Shown: positions 1 to 10,428, numbered from the stretch's first letter. The stretch is DNA of 45,269 bases from a bacterium (GCA_027487075.1 JAIYEG010000010.1:1-45269); one strand, 5' to 3'. Program-made: numbers and translations. The notes: generated by a model from the letters alone, not told the origin.

Positions 1-93
1 CGTGCGCTCAAGAAATATCTGAAGTACTACAACACCGAACGACTTCACATGGGAATTTCGCTCAAAACCCCAACAGAATTATTAGTGAAGTGA
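1..93 (+). mobile_element. C-terminal end of an IS transposase (DDE integrase-core family, IS481/IS3-like), truncated by the window edge
   Basis: Frame 1 reads RALKKYLKYYNTERLHMGISLKTPTELLVK*, which carries the YNxxRxHxxxxxxTP signature of integrase-core transposases. The stop is followed directly by a candidate terminal inverted repeat. Confidence 0.8.
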
Positions 94-95
94 TG

Positions 96-117
96 CGAAG
101 GTATTGATTAGATTACG
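96..117. repeat. Putative IS terminal inverted repeat (right end)
   Basis: CGAAGGTATTGATTAGATTACG lies just after the transposase stop and is the exact reverse complement of 13608-13629. Confidence 0.75.
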
Positions 118-1561
118 TTCGCTCACATTCCTCACGCTTCTCCTTTGAAAGCCTATCAAACATGCGCACTGCAAACGATGCACGTTGCTGCTTCATAAGC
201 AGATCGCGATGCGTGTCAACAAACTTCCAATACAAGGCATCCCAGACCTTTTGCCATTCACCCTTCGGATAATCTGACATTTTTTTTAGATAATTCGATG
301 AAGAAAGGTAGGGCTTCGTCGTCATTGTTCCCCCATCTGCAAAAAGTGCCATACCATACACATTCGGTACCATCACCCAATCATACGCGTCGATATACCA
401 CTCCATGAACCATCGGTAACCGTCATGAGGATTGATACCAAGAAGTGTCATCATATTGCCTACCACCATCAAGCGGATAATGTGATGTGTGTATGCAGAG
501 CGATCAAGTGTGGTAATCGCTTCGTCGATAGGAAGGAGATTCGTCGTTCCCTGCCACCACGATTCGGGAAGAGGGCGATGCGCGTTCAACACATTCTGAT
601 TACGCATACGCGCACCGTCACACACATAGACCATACGTATATATTCACGCCATCCAATAAGCTGACGCACAAACCCTTCGAGTGAAGAGAGTGGGGTATC
701 ATGATGCTCTGCATAGTGAAGCACCGCATCGAGCACCTCGTGAGGGGTAAGCAGACCGTTATTAAGATACGGCGAGAGCACACTATGGAACAGCACAGGG
801 TGCTGCACTGACATCGCATCTTCATAGACCCCAAACTTTGCAAAGCGTTCTTTTAAAAACATGGTGAGTGCATGTTTTGCTTCTTCGTGGGTTACCGCAT
901 AATTAAACTCATCAAGCGCACCGTAGTGATCGGCAAAATGCTGTGCAACATAGCCCAGTGCCTCCTCGACATACGACGATCGCTCATATCTATGGACGGG
1001 TGGCACTACTTCATGTGGAGGTAATCGCTTTCTGTTTTCCTTATCAAAACTCCACGCTCCCCCAACTGGTTTTCCCTCATGCACGAGTACGTTCATGCGC
1101 TTACGTTGCCAAATATAAAAGTGATGGTGCAGATGCTTTGAGTCAATACCCCAGTACGTTTTCACTTCTGCGTCAGTGAGGAAAAAGAGGGGTGAATCAT
1201 GAATGATAAGCTCTGCCGCGTTTCCTACTTCTTTCACTATTTTTTTATGAAGCCAGTCATCTACCACATCCATAACGTGCACACGTTCACATGTTTCTTG
1301 TGCGAGCATGTGCGTGATCCATCCATCATATGCTTCGTGGTACTCAACATAGCACACGTCATACCCTTCGCTTCTTAGGCACTGTTCATACGCCTTCATA
1401 CTTGCACGATGGAGCACGAGCTTCTGTTTGTGAAAGCGATATTGAGAAAAAAGGAGCGGGTCCTCAATAAGATACACTCGCACGTTTTTCGTTACCCTTG
1501 ATACAAATGCGGGATGATGCTCACATAATTGATGTGGGTAGATAAGAACAATATCTTTCAT
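113..1561 (-). CDS. Cryptochrome/photolyase family protein (PhrB-like (6-4) photolyase, lacking the Fe-S cysteines)
   Basis: DPRP-type N-terminus (FHKQKLVLHRASM), WSFDKENR, HSVLSPYLNNGLL, EGFVRQLIGWREY, HHIIRLM, YIDAYDWVMVPNV and KPY motifs. The stop codon lies inside the IS end. Confidence 0.92.
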   Translation of the reverse strand: MKDIVLIYPHQLCEHHPAFVSRVTKNVRVYLIEDPLLFSQYRFHKQKLVLHRASMKAYEQCLRSEGYDVCYVEYHEAYDGWITHMLAQETCERVHVMDVVDDWLHKKIVKEVGNAAELIIHDSPLFFLTDAEVKTYWGIDSKHLHHHFYIWQRKRMNVLVHEGKPVGGAWSFDKENRKRLPPHEVVPPVHRYERSSYVEEALGYVAQHFADHYGALDEFNYAVTHEEAKHALTMFLKERFAKFGVYEDAMSVQHPVLFHSVLSPYLNNGLLTPHEVLDAVLHYAEHHDTPLSSLEGFVRQLIGWREYIRMVYVCDGARMRNQNVLNAHRPLPESWWQGTTNLLPIDEAITTLDRSAYTHHIIRLMVVGNMMTLLGINPHDGYRWFMEWYIDAYDWVMVPNVYGMALFADGGTMTTKPYLSSSNYLKKMSDYPKGEWQKVWDALYWKFVDTHRDLLMKQQRASFAVRMFDRLSKEKREECERT

Positions 1562-1704
1562 TGAATTTTTTGTTTGACTGCACGCCTACACCGATCAGAG
1601 CAATACTTCACCTGATCCCACTGACCACGTGATTTCCAGCGCTTGCGGTTAGTAAATGGACGTCCACAATATGCACACATCTTGCTCTCTTTCTCTTTTT
1701 TCAT
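1558..1704 (-). CDS. DUF2256-family small Cys4 protein (not in the ORF track)
   Basis: MKKEKESKMCAYCGRPFTNRKRWKSRGQWDQVKYCSDRCRRAVKQKIQ* (48 aa) shows CxxCGRPF...W..VKYCS.RC. It has an ATGA overlap with the photolyase start. Confidence 0.85.
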   Translation of the reverse strand: MKKEKESKMCAYCGRPFTNRKRWKSRGQWDQVKYCSDRCRRAVKQKIQ

Positions 1705-3933
1705 TTAGCGACTATTGAGATATGCACGTGTTTTTGGACCTACATATCCAATAGCAGGAGCAATGCCAGCTGATTTCTGAAGTTCGATGACCGCCGCTTG
1801 AGTTGCAGCTCCGAAGTATCCTGTAGCACCGAATGTTGCGAGTGTGCGAGCTGCTGGCCCGAGATTGAGTTGTATAAGCATTTGTTGCAACAACTGCACA
1901 TTTGCTCCCGTCATACCCTTTTGAAGGTTTTGCACAAATGGTACACGTGGTGTTGTAGTGGCACTAGGTACTGATGTTTCTACTGAAGATGTCTGCACTG
2001 CGGATGAGCTGCGCGCAACGGAAGAACGCCCTCCACTCGAGCTATCAGAAATAACGGTAAACGGACCAACCGTGAGCGTGTTTGAGGTGAGCTCATCACT
2101 ATTCACACAAAGAAAACTGTATGAATAGGTACCTCCAACTTGAATCCCTCTCAGCGTAGCGGTGAGTGTTTCCCCAGGCGTAATGTCACTAATAATAGAC
2201 TCAACATCGCCTTTTGTTGAAAGAGGGCTTTCAGCTAAAGCTTCACATGATTGATTTGAAGTGAAGCGAAGTACGGCTTTTGACTTTGTCACCCGTTCTG
2301 GTATCGCTCTTACAAGAGTAAGCACTGGTGCTTCACCCACCATCTCTTCTCCATCATTTCCCCCATCTTGCCATCGCAATATCGGATATCCATCATTGTT
2401 CTCATTAATATTCCAAATTGTTGTAAAATCCCATCCTGCAGTCGTGAAGGTCGAGCGAGTTTTCATCGCACTTGTTGTTGTCGCGGTCACAAAGGTTGTA
2501 TCACCTGGACCTGTTGTACTTGCACTCTGGAGATCAGCAAAGTTGAGGAAAGGACCACTATCATTTGCCGCACTTTGTCCGACAAACACATTCCCTATGT
2601 TGTTACCTGTCACCATACCTGTTCCATATGAACGATACACCAAAGACATCTGACTCATGGTTCCCACAAAATTTCCAACATATTCAACCCCATCAACATT
2701 ACCTCGGGCATAGGAATCAGTAATCACGGACTGTAACGCGTGAGTACCCACGAAACCTCCAGCATCTTCTGCATTACCTAATATAAACCCCGTCGCGAAT
2801 GATTGCGAGATAACGTTTGAATTAACTGAATTTCCTTCATTGTATCCAACAAAACCTCCGACACTGTAATTACCGAGCACGCTTCCATATGCGGATGATC
2901 TGGTAATGTGAGAATCAACTGAAGCGCCAATAAATCCTCCTAAGTGATAGCCCCCGGCAACAAACCCACTCGCTGTTGTCGATGCAATGGTTGAGCTCTC
3001 CGCATATCCTATCGCACCTCCAAGAGCATACGCACCTGTCACATCTGAACTTGAGCTTGCATACGCAAGATCGACATGAAAAAGATTTCCCGCGATACCT
3101 CCTCCACGATATCCTGTCTTTCCATCATCATCTTGTACGACAACCGATCCAGAAGAACGTACATGACTAATATCAGAATACTGAGCATTTCCTACAATAC
3201 CTCCAACATCATTTCCTCCATCGATATGCGCTGTGGTTGTTGCATAGTGCAACTCTGAATCATCGAGATATCCCACCACTCCTCCGATCACCACTCCACT
3301 TCCTTTTACCGAACCTCCCACTTCTGCGTTTTGAATAGTGACCCCCGTTGCGTACCCCACGATACCTCCTCCATATTCTCCGTAGCGAGCCCATACACAA
3401 TATCCGGGATTACATTCGTCTTCTGGAAGATCTTTATTGAAACTCACATTCGTAAACGTGGTGCTTGATGCATATCCGACAATACCTCCCACATATCGGT
3501 ATCCTCTAATACGCGCATTGGTGAGAGCAAGGTTTTGTATCGTCGCGTCTGCAGCATTTCCGATGAGTCCTACGTACCATTCATCTCCAGGATCTTCTCC
3601 AAAGGAATCATCCGCTCGATCAATATATAGACCGGTAATCGTGCGTCCATCTCCATCGAGTGAACCGGTAAACGGTGTTGAAGTTGCTACCGGCTCGAAC
3701 CCCTTTCCTCCATTCCAATTTTCGGTATCGCCACAATCGATGTCATCTGCGACGACATAATGTGCAGTAATATCATCCTTCATTTCTTGAAGTTGTACAC
3801 AGTTTGCAATGAGATATGGATCTTCCAGTGTTCCGGCTCCTTGTCCGGAATACGCCTGTGCTTGCTTGATACCACCGACACTCACAAAAACTAGTAATAA
3901 AAGTAAAAGTACGATGTAGCGCGCATTGTTCAT
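1705..3933 (-). CDS. Secreted GLUG-motif repeat surface protein with C-terminal peptidoglycan-binding domain
   Basis: Signal peptide; GxGTxxDPYxI start; many GGxxG / SxATGxV repeats; Ser/Thr linker; C-terminal LQKGMTGANVQLLQ...GYFGAATQAAV...GYVGPKTRAYLN. Confidence 0.8.
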   Translation of the reverse strand: MNNARYIVLLLLLLVFVSVGGIKQAQAYSGQGAGTLEDPYLIANCVQLQEMKDDITAHYVVADDIDCGDTENWNGGKGFEPVATSTPFTGSLDGDGRTITGLYIDRADDSFGEDPGDEWYVGLIGNAADATIQNLALTNARIRGYRYVGGIVGYASSTTFTNVSFNKDLPEDECNPGYCVWARYGEYGGGIVGYATGVTIQNAEVGGSVKGSGVVIGGVVGYLDDSELHYATTTAHIDGGNDVGGIVGNAQYSDISHVRSSGSVVVQDDDGKTGYRGGGIAGNLFHVDLAYASSSSDVTGAYALGGAIGYAESSTIASTTASGFVAGGYHLGGFIGASVDSHITRSSAYGSVLGNYSVGGFVGYNEGNSVNSNVISQSFATGFILGNAEDAGGFVGTHALQSVITDSYARGNVDGVEYVGNFVGTMSQMSLVYRSYGTGMVTGNNIGNVFVGQSAANDSGPFLNFADLQSASTTGPGDTTFVTATTTSAMKTRSTFTTAGWDFTTIWNINENNDGYPILRWQDGGNDGEEMVGEAPVLTLVRAIPERVTKSKAVLRFTSNQSCEALAESPLSTKGDVESIISDITPGETLTATLRGIQVGGTYSYSFLCVNSDELTSNTLTVGPFTVISDSSSGGRSSVARSSSAVQTSSVETSVPSATTTPRVPFVQNLQKGMTGANVQLLQQMLIQLNLGPAARTLATFGATGYFGAATQAAVIELQKSAGIAPAIGYVGPKTRAYLNSR

Positions 3934-3972
3934 TCCTTTATTTTATCAGATAGATTCTATTTTAACGAGGTT

Positions 3973-4416
3973 TCATCTCACCACCCACCACACCACCATC
4001 AGTAGACTTCCCCACCACCCGATATCTGAAACAACAAAACTCACCACGATCTTTCGTTGCCACGATGCAGGCAGAAGTTCGGCTGACTTACCTTCTTTTT
4101 CACGCTGTAATAAAAAAGGACTCACACGATATGACAAAAATAATCCGTTCAGCATAAGTACCGCCGACACAAGCAGATGATACAAAGGCACACCCGCAAA
4201 CCACTCATTGCGAAATACTAATGCACCACCAATAATCACCAAAATAATTCCCACCCAAATGAGAGGCTTCGTTACTTTGTGTGTACGCGTTGTCGCCTCC
4301 GTCCAATACGAAGATTTCCTTCCGAGAAACCCGTGGATATCAATCACCGTCACCGCACCAAGACCGATGACGTAACCAGCGATGAGTACAAAGAGTCCAA
4401 TGAAATCTAAGATCAT
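3973..4416 (-). CDS. Hypothetical 4-TM membrane protein
   Basis: 147 aa with four hydrophobic segments; TATACT lies 7 nt upstream of the ATG. Confidence 0.7.
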   Translation of the reverse strand: MILDFIGLFVLIAGYVIGLGAVTVIDIHGFLGRKSSYWTEATTRTHKVTKPLIWVGIILVIIGGALVFRNEWFAGVPLYHLLVSAVLMLNGLFLSYRVSPFLLQREKEGKSAELLPASWQRKIVVSFVVSDIGWWGSLLMVVWWVVR

Positions 4417-4440
4417 ATGTGTAAGTATAACCTGTTAGGG

Positions 4441-4770
4441 TTAGATAAGTTTGAACAACACGAGATTCACTATCATGAGTACCAAGCTGAAGAGCAAAGC
4501 ACTGAGAAAGCCTTTCACCGCAAAACCTGGTACGAGTGCGGCCGCAAGCATGATGATGAGCGCATTGATGACAAAGGTGAAAAGGCCGAGGGTAAGAATA
4601 TTCACCGGAAGCGTGAGGAGGAGAAGGAGAGGTTTGATGAAGGCATTAAGCAACCCGAGTACAATCGCCGCGAACAATGCCGAGAAGAATCCCACCGTCA
4701 CACCAGGAATAATAAAAGACGAAATAATGATAGCGAGTGCTGACACTAACCATGTGGTAAGAATAGTCAT
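4441..4770 (-). CDS. YvlD/DUF360 ('phage holin family') membrane protein
   Basis: LGLLNAFIKPLLLLLTLPVNILTLGLFTFVINA signature. Confidence 0.88.
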   Translation of the reverse strand: MTILTTWLVSALAIIISSFIIPGVTVGFFSALFAAIVLGLLNAFIKPLLLLLTLPVNILTLGLFTFVINALIIMLAAALVPGFAVKGFLSALLFSLVLMIVNLVLFKLI

Positions 4771-4774
4771 GAGT

Positions 4775-5143
4775 TTATGATTGCTTTCGCTGATGAATCA
4801 TCAATCCATTTCCATCATAATCCTGCACCACTGCCATGTGACATACCGGCGTATCCATGGGATCAATAACAAATACAATGTTGTTGTCTTTGAGTTTCTT
4901 GATCACGTCATCAAAATCATCCACTTCAAACGCTGCACTTGGTCCATCACTTGATGGTTTCCAATTATCCATCTTGCCGATCGAAAGAGTGCCCGAGCCG
5001 ACCGCATACTCGATGAATTCAGACTCATCAGTGACAGGTCCGAATTCATTCGTAGGCACCAATCCAAGAAGGCCTTCATAAAATGCGCGCGCTTTCTTCA
5101 TATCTGTTGTGGGATATCCCACGAATGCAATGTCTTTGATCAT
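4775..5143 (-). CDS. VOC/glyoxalase family protein
   Basis: DMKKARAFYEGLLG, AFEVDDFD and DYDGNGLMIHQ motifs. Confidence 0.88.
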   Translation of the reverse strand: MIKDIAFVGYPTTDMKKARAFYEGLLGLVPTNEFGPVTDESEFIEYAVGSGTLSIGKMDNWKPSSDGPSAAFEVDDFDDVIKKLKDNNIVFVIDPMDTPVCHMAVVQDYDGNGLMIHQRKQS

Positions 5144-5170
5144 GTCAGAAGTATACTACGAACGTACTTC

Positions 5171-8110
5171 TTACCACCAGATACCTGCGATGGCTGCCGA
5201 TTTCATCTGAGCGCGAGTAATCTTGCCGAAGTATCCAATAGCAGGGACGATACCATTCTTAGCTTGGTATTCCGCAAGTGCATCACGTGTAAATGTTCCG
5301 AAATAACCTGTAGCGCCAATGCGTGCAAGTGCAAGAGCCTTTGGACCACTATTCACCGCGATAAGGAGTGCTTGCAATTTCTTTACATCATCTCCGGTAT
5401 TGGTCAGTGTAAGATCACGAACAAGAGCGGTGGTAGGTGCTGTTACGGTGGTAGGTACAACAGAAGCTGGTGCGGTCACCGATCGTCGACGATTTCCACT
5501 ACTACCACTTTGTCGAGAAGATCCGGCAGAAGGGTTCGCTACGGTAGTAAAAAACCATTCATAGCTACCAAGCAATGGAATATTTCCTCGGCTACGAGCG
5601 CTTGCTATCGTGATGGTGTACTCGGTGTTGTAGGCAAACGGTCCATCACTTTTGGTGAGAGTAAGGATCGTATCAGCATTATTCCATGACTCGCTAAACG
5701 AAGGACATCCATCTTCAACACATGGACCTGCTGAGATCATCACCGAATCAGTGTTCATCGCTTGTGAAAACTCTATAACAATCTGACGGTCTATCGCGAC
5801 ATCACGATCATCGTACTCTGGAGACACCGTCTCGATGACAGGCGCATCTGAAAAGAGGAAATACGGATATCTATCGTTGTGCTCATTCATTACCCATACA
5901 TCAGAGAAATCGTATCCTGCATCTTCGAACGTTGCCTGCGTTGTCATGAGCTCAGTGCTTTTTCCCTCTACCCCATCACAATCTACTCCCACCCCATTTC
6001 CACATCCAAGAAAACTTGCAGCGACGGTATTATCCCAAAATCCTTCTATTGCTTCACCGTCATTAAAATTCAACCCAACAAATGAGCCAATCAACTCATC
6101 GCCGTCGGTAAAGACCTGACCGCGAGAATATGCATTATCGAGGTCAGTATAGTAGAGCTCTCCGGCAAAACCTCCGACAATTGAGTTACCCGTCACATTA
6201 CCTGAGGCATAGCCATCAGTAAGTGTGCTGATATTTAGTCTTCCAGCAAAACCTCCGACGTGTTGAGTACCTGTTGCATTACCGGTGGCAAATACTTTAG
6301 TAAACGTAGTTCCAGGACCCTCACACCCATCATCTCCCGTAAATCCGCCGGTAAACTCACCTCCCGTCACATCTCCTGTTGCATAGCTGAACGATATTTG
6401 TGAGCCACATCCTGATAAACCACTGAATCCACCGTTCGATGATCCGCCATTAACGACATCTCCTGTTGCATATGCATACTCAACAAATGAACCGAATATT
6501 TGCCCTACAAACCCTCCCACAGATTGAGGATAATTGTACGTAACCCCGTTTTTAGTTTCTTGGAGACCTGTTACGTTTCCTGTTGCATACACATGATTAA
6601 GTTCTGATGAGGAATTGATACTACCCGAAAAGCCTCCGGCATAATTACCCGTTGACTCAACATTTCCTGTTGCATACGAATCGCTAATCGTTCCACTATT
6701 GATATACCCCGCGAATCCTCCAGAATAGTTACCAGACTTTATAAATGGATATTCGAGCCGATCTGAGCGGACATTTCCTGTTGCGTATGAGTCGGTAATT
6801 GTTCCTCCGGACACAGAACCAACGAATCCACCAATATAATCTCCTCCATCAACTGCTGCTGATGAGTGTGAGTCCGTTATCGTGGCATCTTCCAAATACC
6901 CCACAATACCTCCGATGACACTTCCACTTCCATGCACAGTTCCACCGGTATTAGTAACGTTATCTACGGTAGCACCGTCAGTTATTTCTCCTGCAAAGCC
7001 TCCTCCTTGGTAAGAAAGATATGCGCGCACCATATTATTTGAAAGGGTGATATCACTTGCTTCTCCCCCATCCATCGATCCGACGATTCCTCCTGTTGAA
7101 TATTGCCCAACAATATTTGAATTAGTAAGACTTAGATTCGAAATCTCTGCACTGAGTGTTTTACCAAAAAGACCAATATTCGACTCGGTCTTTCGAAAGA
7201 TCCAGATGTTACTAATAGTGTGTCCAGCACCATCAAGACTTCCGGTAAAAGGAATGTCGGCATCACCAATAGGTAGAAAACCAAAATATCCATTGTTAAT
7301 AACATTCGTATCACTTCCTGTTGTACTTGCATACGAATCAGGAATCAAAGGATTATCACTATCTCCGTCTTCAAACTCTTCGAGATTGATATTCCATGTT
7401 GCACTTTCGGTACAGTCAATATCTTGTGATAACACATAGTGCGCATGCGGATTGTTATCCATCTCTTGCAACTGTCCACAACTCGTAATCTCGTACGGTG
7501 ATACCCGTGTTCCTTCGCCATCTCCAGAAAACGGCTCACCTGTCTCGCCGATGATCGTGATACTACTCATACTTGTCGGTGTATCAAGCTCAGTGCCTGA
7601 AGACTCTGCGGTTCTGATAAAATCGAAGTTATACTCATCAGGAACAAGAGGATTAATAACACCATTGATCGTCACCACCACATCTGCTCCCGACGCAACC
7701 GTAGCAGGAGTGAGCCTCACATATACCAAATTGCTCACCGAAGAAAATTCACCGACCGTCGCAGGCACGCCATCGATAGTAACATCGGCACTCGCACCGC
7801 TGACATCAAAACCAAAAGGAAACGAAGCATAGAACACCATGTTCGGATCAGCAGTCTCGATGGTGTATGAAAAGATATAATTTGTCGTTGTCGCACGAAC
7901 CGCTGATTCCGATGTGTATGAAAAATTAGTAAGAGTACCCGCATATGCTGATTCCATAGAAAACAAAAACACCACAGCACACACAACACAGAGAACAACA
8001 TGATATATCTTTTTATATATGTTCACGATGAATATATTGTATCTCACTTCAGTTTTCTCATCAATATCAAACAATGAAGTGATGTCATCGTAGTCTCTTA
8101 TCGTATACAT
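5171..8110 (-). CDS. Large GLUG-repeat surface protein with Ig-like (Big_5/SbsA-like) and peptidoglycan-binding domains; true start may be downstream
   Basis: TM/signal segment, SYATGNV...GGFxG repeats, PVIETVSP...IVIEFSQAMN...YEWFFTT Ig-like domain, and a C-terminal PG-binding repeat. Paralogous to 1705-3933. Confidence 0.8.
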   Translation of the reverse strand: MYTIRDYDDITSLFDIDEKTEVRYNIFIVNIYKKIYHVVLCVVCAVVFLFSMESAYAGTLTNFSYTSESAVRATTTNYIFSYTIETADPNMVFYASFPFGFDVSGASADVTIDGVPATVGEFSSVSNLVYVRLTPATVASGADVVVTINGVINPLVPDEYNFDFIRTAESSGTELDTPTSMSSITIIGETGEPFSGDGEGTRVSPYEITSCGQLQEMDNNPHAHYVLSQDIDCTESATWNINLEEFEDGDSDNPLIPDSYASTTGSDTNVINNGYFGFLPIGDADIPFTGSLDGAGHTISNIWIFRKTESNIGLFGKTLSAEISNLSLTNSNIVGQYSTGGIVGSMDGGEASDITLSNNMVRAYLSYQGGGFAGEITDGATVDNVTNTGGTVHGSGSVIGGIVGYLEDATITDSHSSAAVDGGDYIGGFVGSVSGGTITDSYATGNVRSDRLEYPFIKSGNYSGGFAGYINSGTISDSYATGNVESTGNYAGGFSGSINSSSELNHVYATGNVTGLQETKNGVTYNYPQSVGGFVGQIFGSFVEYAYATGDVVNGGSSNGGFSGLSGCGSQISFSYATGDVTGGEFTGGFTGDDGCEGPGTTFTKVFATGNATGTQHVGGFAGRLNISTLTDGYASGNVTGNSIVGGFAGELYYTDLDNAYSRGQVFTDGDELIGSFVGLNFNDGEAIEGFWDNTVAASFLGCGNGVGVDCDGVEGKSTELMTTQATFEDAGYDFSDVWVMNEHNDRYPYFLFSDAPVIETVSPEYDDRDVAIDRQIVIEFSQAMNTDSVMISAGPCVEDGCPSFSESWNNADTILTLTKSDGPFAYNTEYTITIASARSRGNIPLLGSYEWFFTTVANPSAGSSRQSGSSGNRRRSVTAPASVVPTTVTAPTTALVRDLTLTNTGDDVKKLQALLIAVNSGPKALALARIGATGYFGTFTRDALAEYQAKNGIVPAIGYFGKITRAQMKSAAIAGIWW

Positions 8111-8792
8111 TAAGTGCTATCACCGAAACAACTGTCGTGATGATGAGCCACATCGTCCCCGGTTTGCCGATGATACCCACGAGAATACCGACAAACGCCC
8201 ACCAGAATGTCCCGAAGAGGACGCGATTGCGGTGGAAGGTCTTGAGTATAAACATTGCAAGACCGGTGGCAAGGAGAATCACGAGCACCTGCTCTACCTG
8301 TCCGAAGAGCGAGTAGTTATCCACACCAAGGTAGGCGAACATTGCTGCAATATTTGCAGGTACCGCAATCGTCGACCACCCAAGATACATACCGATGCCA
8401 CCTTGCAAGAATATCTTGTTCTTTGTTTCTTTGAGATCAGCATGTGCGAGCACTTCCTTAAAAACATGGAACAGTGAGACGAGCATCACCACAAACACCA
8501 CCACCGTTGCAGGAAGTAGGTTGCGCTCAGCTAGCAAGAGCCACACCATGAAGAGGATGTACGTGAGCGACAACAGACTATAAAACTTCTTTGAATATGC
8601 TTTCTTCTCGTAGAGGTGATAGATGCCGTGAATCAGACAAAAGAGCGTGATGACACTCCAAATCGAAAATGTGTACCCTGCCGGCGTGAGGAGTGGCTGG
8701 CTAAAATTACTCCCTCCACTAAACCCTGTCGCATACGTCGATATAAACTGCGAGACACTAAGAAGCGCAAGGACGATTTTGTATGGTTTCAT
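8085..8792 (-). CDS. Multi-pass membrane protein, TspO/MBR-related
   Basis: LLTPAGYTFSIWSVI and GMYLGWSTIA..N motifs; about 7 TM segments. Confidence 0.65.
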   Translation of the reverse strand: MKPYKIVLALLSVSQFISTYATGFSGGSNFSQPLLTPAGYTFSIWSVITLFCLIHGIYHLYEKKAYSKKFYSLLSLTYILFMVWLLLAERNLLPATVVVFVVMLVSLFHVFKEVLAHADLKETKNKIFLQGGIGMYLGWSTIAVPANIAAMFAYLGVDNYSLFGQVEQVLVILLATGLAMFILKTFHRNRVLFGTFWWAFVGILVGIIGKPGTMWLIITTVVSVIALNVYDKRLR

Positions 8793-8846
8793 ACGTGCAG
8801 TGTAGCACTTATGGCGTTTTTTTCACTAGGTTGGTTTGGTGACCGC

Positions 8847-10421
8847 TTAAGTAAAGTTGGTGTCAGAAACCGCAGCTTTAATATAATTTCTTAGATTTTC
8901 ATTTACTACATACACATAAGTTCCATGGATACCTCTCGTCAAAAGAGTTTTGTAGATATTTAAAATATACAATTTTAACTCTTCTGGATCGGTTATCGAT
9001 CTTTTTCCATTAAAGTCTTTGTACTCTTCTTTGTTGATGATAATTTTATGTGTCTTAGGGTCATAATCAATTTCCGTTCCAATAATTACACCTACATAAT
9101 TAAGATCATATCCTTGGACAGTATGGATGCATCCAACTTCGTTGATTGAATTTTTGGAATTTACCCAGTCAATCGTTGTTGAATTCCATTTTAATTTAAC
9201 ATCACCAATTTCAATATCATATTCTCCTCCTTTTTTTGTTTTCCATGTCCATGCATATCCAGAAACAACTCGAGACAATCCATATTCTAAATTTTTCTTT
9301 TTAATTTCACTAACCATTTCTCCTACGTCGCTGAATATTTTAAATTCATATTCTTCAAAATTGCTTTCGGAAGGTTCTAAATCGAATAGGTTTGCAATAA
9401 AATCTATATATTTCTCACCCCCTTTAACTCGTATCTGTTTTTTGAGTTCAAATGTAACTTCATCAATATTAGAAAAATCTTCTGGTCGAATATCAGACGG
9501 TCTAACACTTTGGTTCTTATCGTAGAAAAAAATTTGATACCTAGACGACTTAATGATCCAGTCAAGCTGTGTTGCCTCCTTATCTAACTCAAGTTTTTTG
9601 TTTGCTTGATCATACGAAGCAAAGTTTGTAATATTCACACGCCTAGATAATCGATGTGCTTCATCTACCACTAGTAAATCATATTGACCATTCACTACTT
9701 CCGCTGGTGAAATAACCATTCTCGCTCTCAAACCTTTAATTTTTGAAAATACCTTTTTAAGCGATCCTCTAATAGGAGTCATAGGCACAACAAAACCAAT
9801 TTTGAGATGTTTAAAGTTATCATCCTCAAGTAAGTTTTTAATCATGTACGAAGCTAGTATCGTTTTTCCTGTTCCTGGACCTCCATTTACAACAATGCTT
9901 GCCTCGTTTTTGGTGGTAAAAATTTTTTTAATTTGCTCAAAAATTTCCAACTGATCCTCGGTGAGGTTTTTGTAGGGAGATAATTTAAAAATCTGGCTGT
10001 TTCTAATTTGAATAAGTTCTTTGTTAACCAAAGACATCGATCGAAGCTTTTCCCATAACATCTTAAACTTTGCTTGATACTTTTCCTTTTCAAAATAATT
10101 ATGACCACTTAGTCCTTTGTTACCGTTTTGTACGATAAATTTTTCATCCGCAACTATATGCTGGATAAGCATAGACTCAATATCAAGTGAACCTGATTTA
10201 TTAAACTCAGCATCTGATACCACCAACATATTTTTTAGTTTGCGTCTTTCTGGATTATCTAGATGTTGTTTTGTTCTGCTATGTAAGTTGATTGATTCTC
10301 CGACATAAATTTCTTCACTATTATGAAGTAAGTACACAACAGGCCAATTATTGCCAAAATGAAAAGCTTTGATACTAGGTAGATTGCTTTTATTAAATTG
10401 AAAAGCCTTGATTTCAGACAT
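8847..10421 (-). CDS. GIY-YIG nuclease fused to DUF2075 (Schlafen group-3-like SF1) helicase
   Basis: VVYLLH...IYVGES (GIY-YIG); Walker A GGPGTGKT; VVDEAHRL; GCIHTVQGYDLNYVGVIIG; LLTRG. AT-rich DNA. Confidence 0.9.
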   Translation of the reverse strand: MSEIKAFQFNKSNLPSIKAFHFGNNWPVVYLLHNSEEIYVGESINLHSRTKQHLDNPERRKLKNMLVVSDAEFNKSGSLDIESMLIQHIVADEKFIVQNGNKGLSGHNYFEKEKYQAKFKMLWEKLRSMSLVNKELIQIRNSQIFKLSPYKNLTEDQLEIFEQIKKIFTTKNEASIVVNGGPGTGKTILASYMIKNLLEDDNFKHLKIGFVVPMTPIRGSLKKVFSKIKGLRARMVISPAEVVNGQYDLLVVDEAHRLSRRVNITNFASYDQANKKLELDKEATQLDWIIKSSRYQIFFYDKNQSVRPSDIRPEDFSNIDEVTFELKKQIRVKGGEKYIDFIANLFDLEPSESNFEEYEFKIFSDVGEMVSEIKKKNLEYGLSRVVSGYAWTWKTKKGGEYDIEIGDVKLKWNSTTIDWVNSKNSINEVGCIHTVQGYDLNYVGVIIGTEIDYDPKTHKIIINKEEYKDFNGKRSITDPEELKLYILNIYKTLLTRGIHGTYVYVVNENLRNYIKAAVSDTNFT

Positions 10422-10428
10422 ATAGATA

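Noticed and set aside
4441-4770. Holin indicating a phage lysis cassette
   Set aside because: The YvlD/DUF360 family is a common chromosomal membrane protein, and there is no endolysin or phage context.
6370-6790. Recurrent CCTGTTGCATA-like DNA repeats as a CRISPR or other array
   Set aside because: They encode the YATGxV protein repeats of the GLUG protein and are irregularly spaced.
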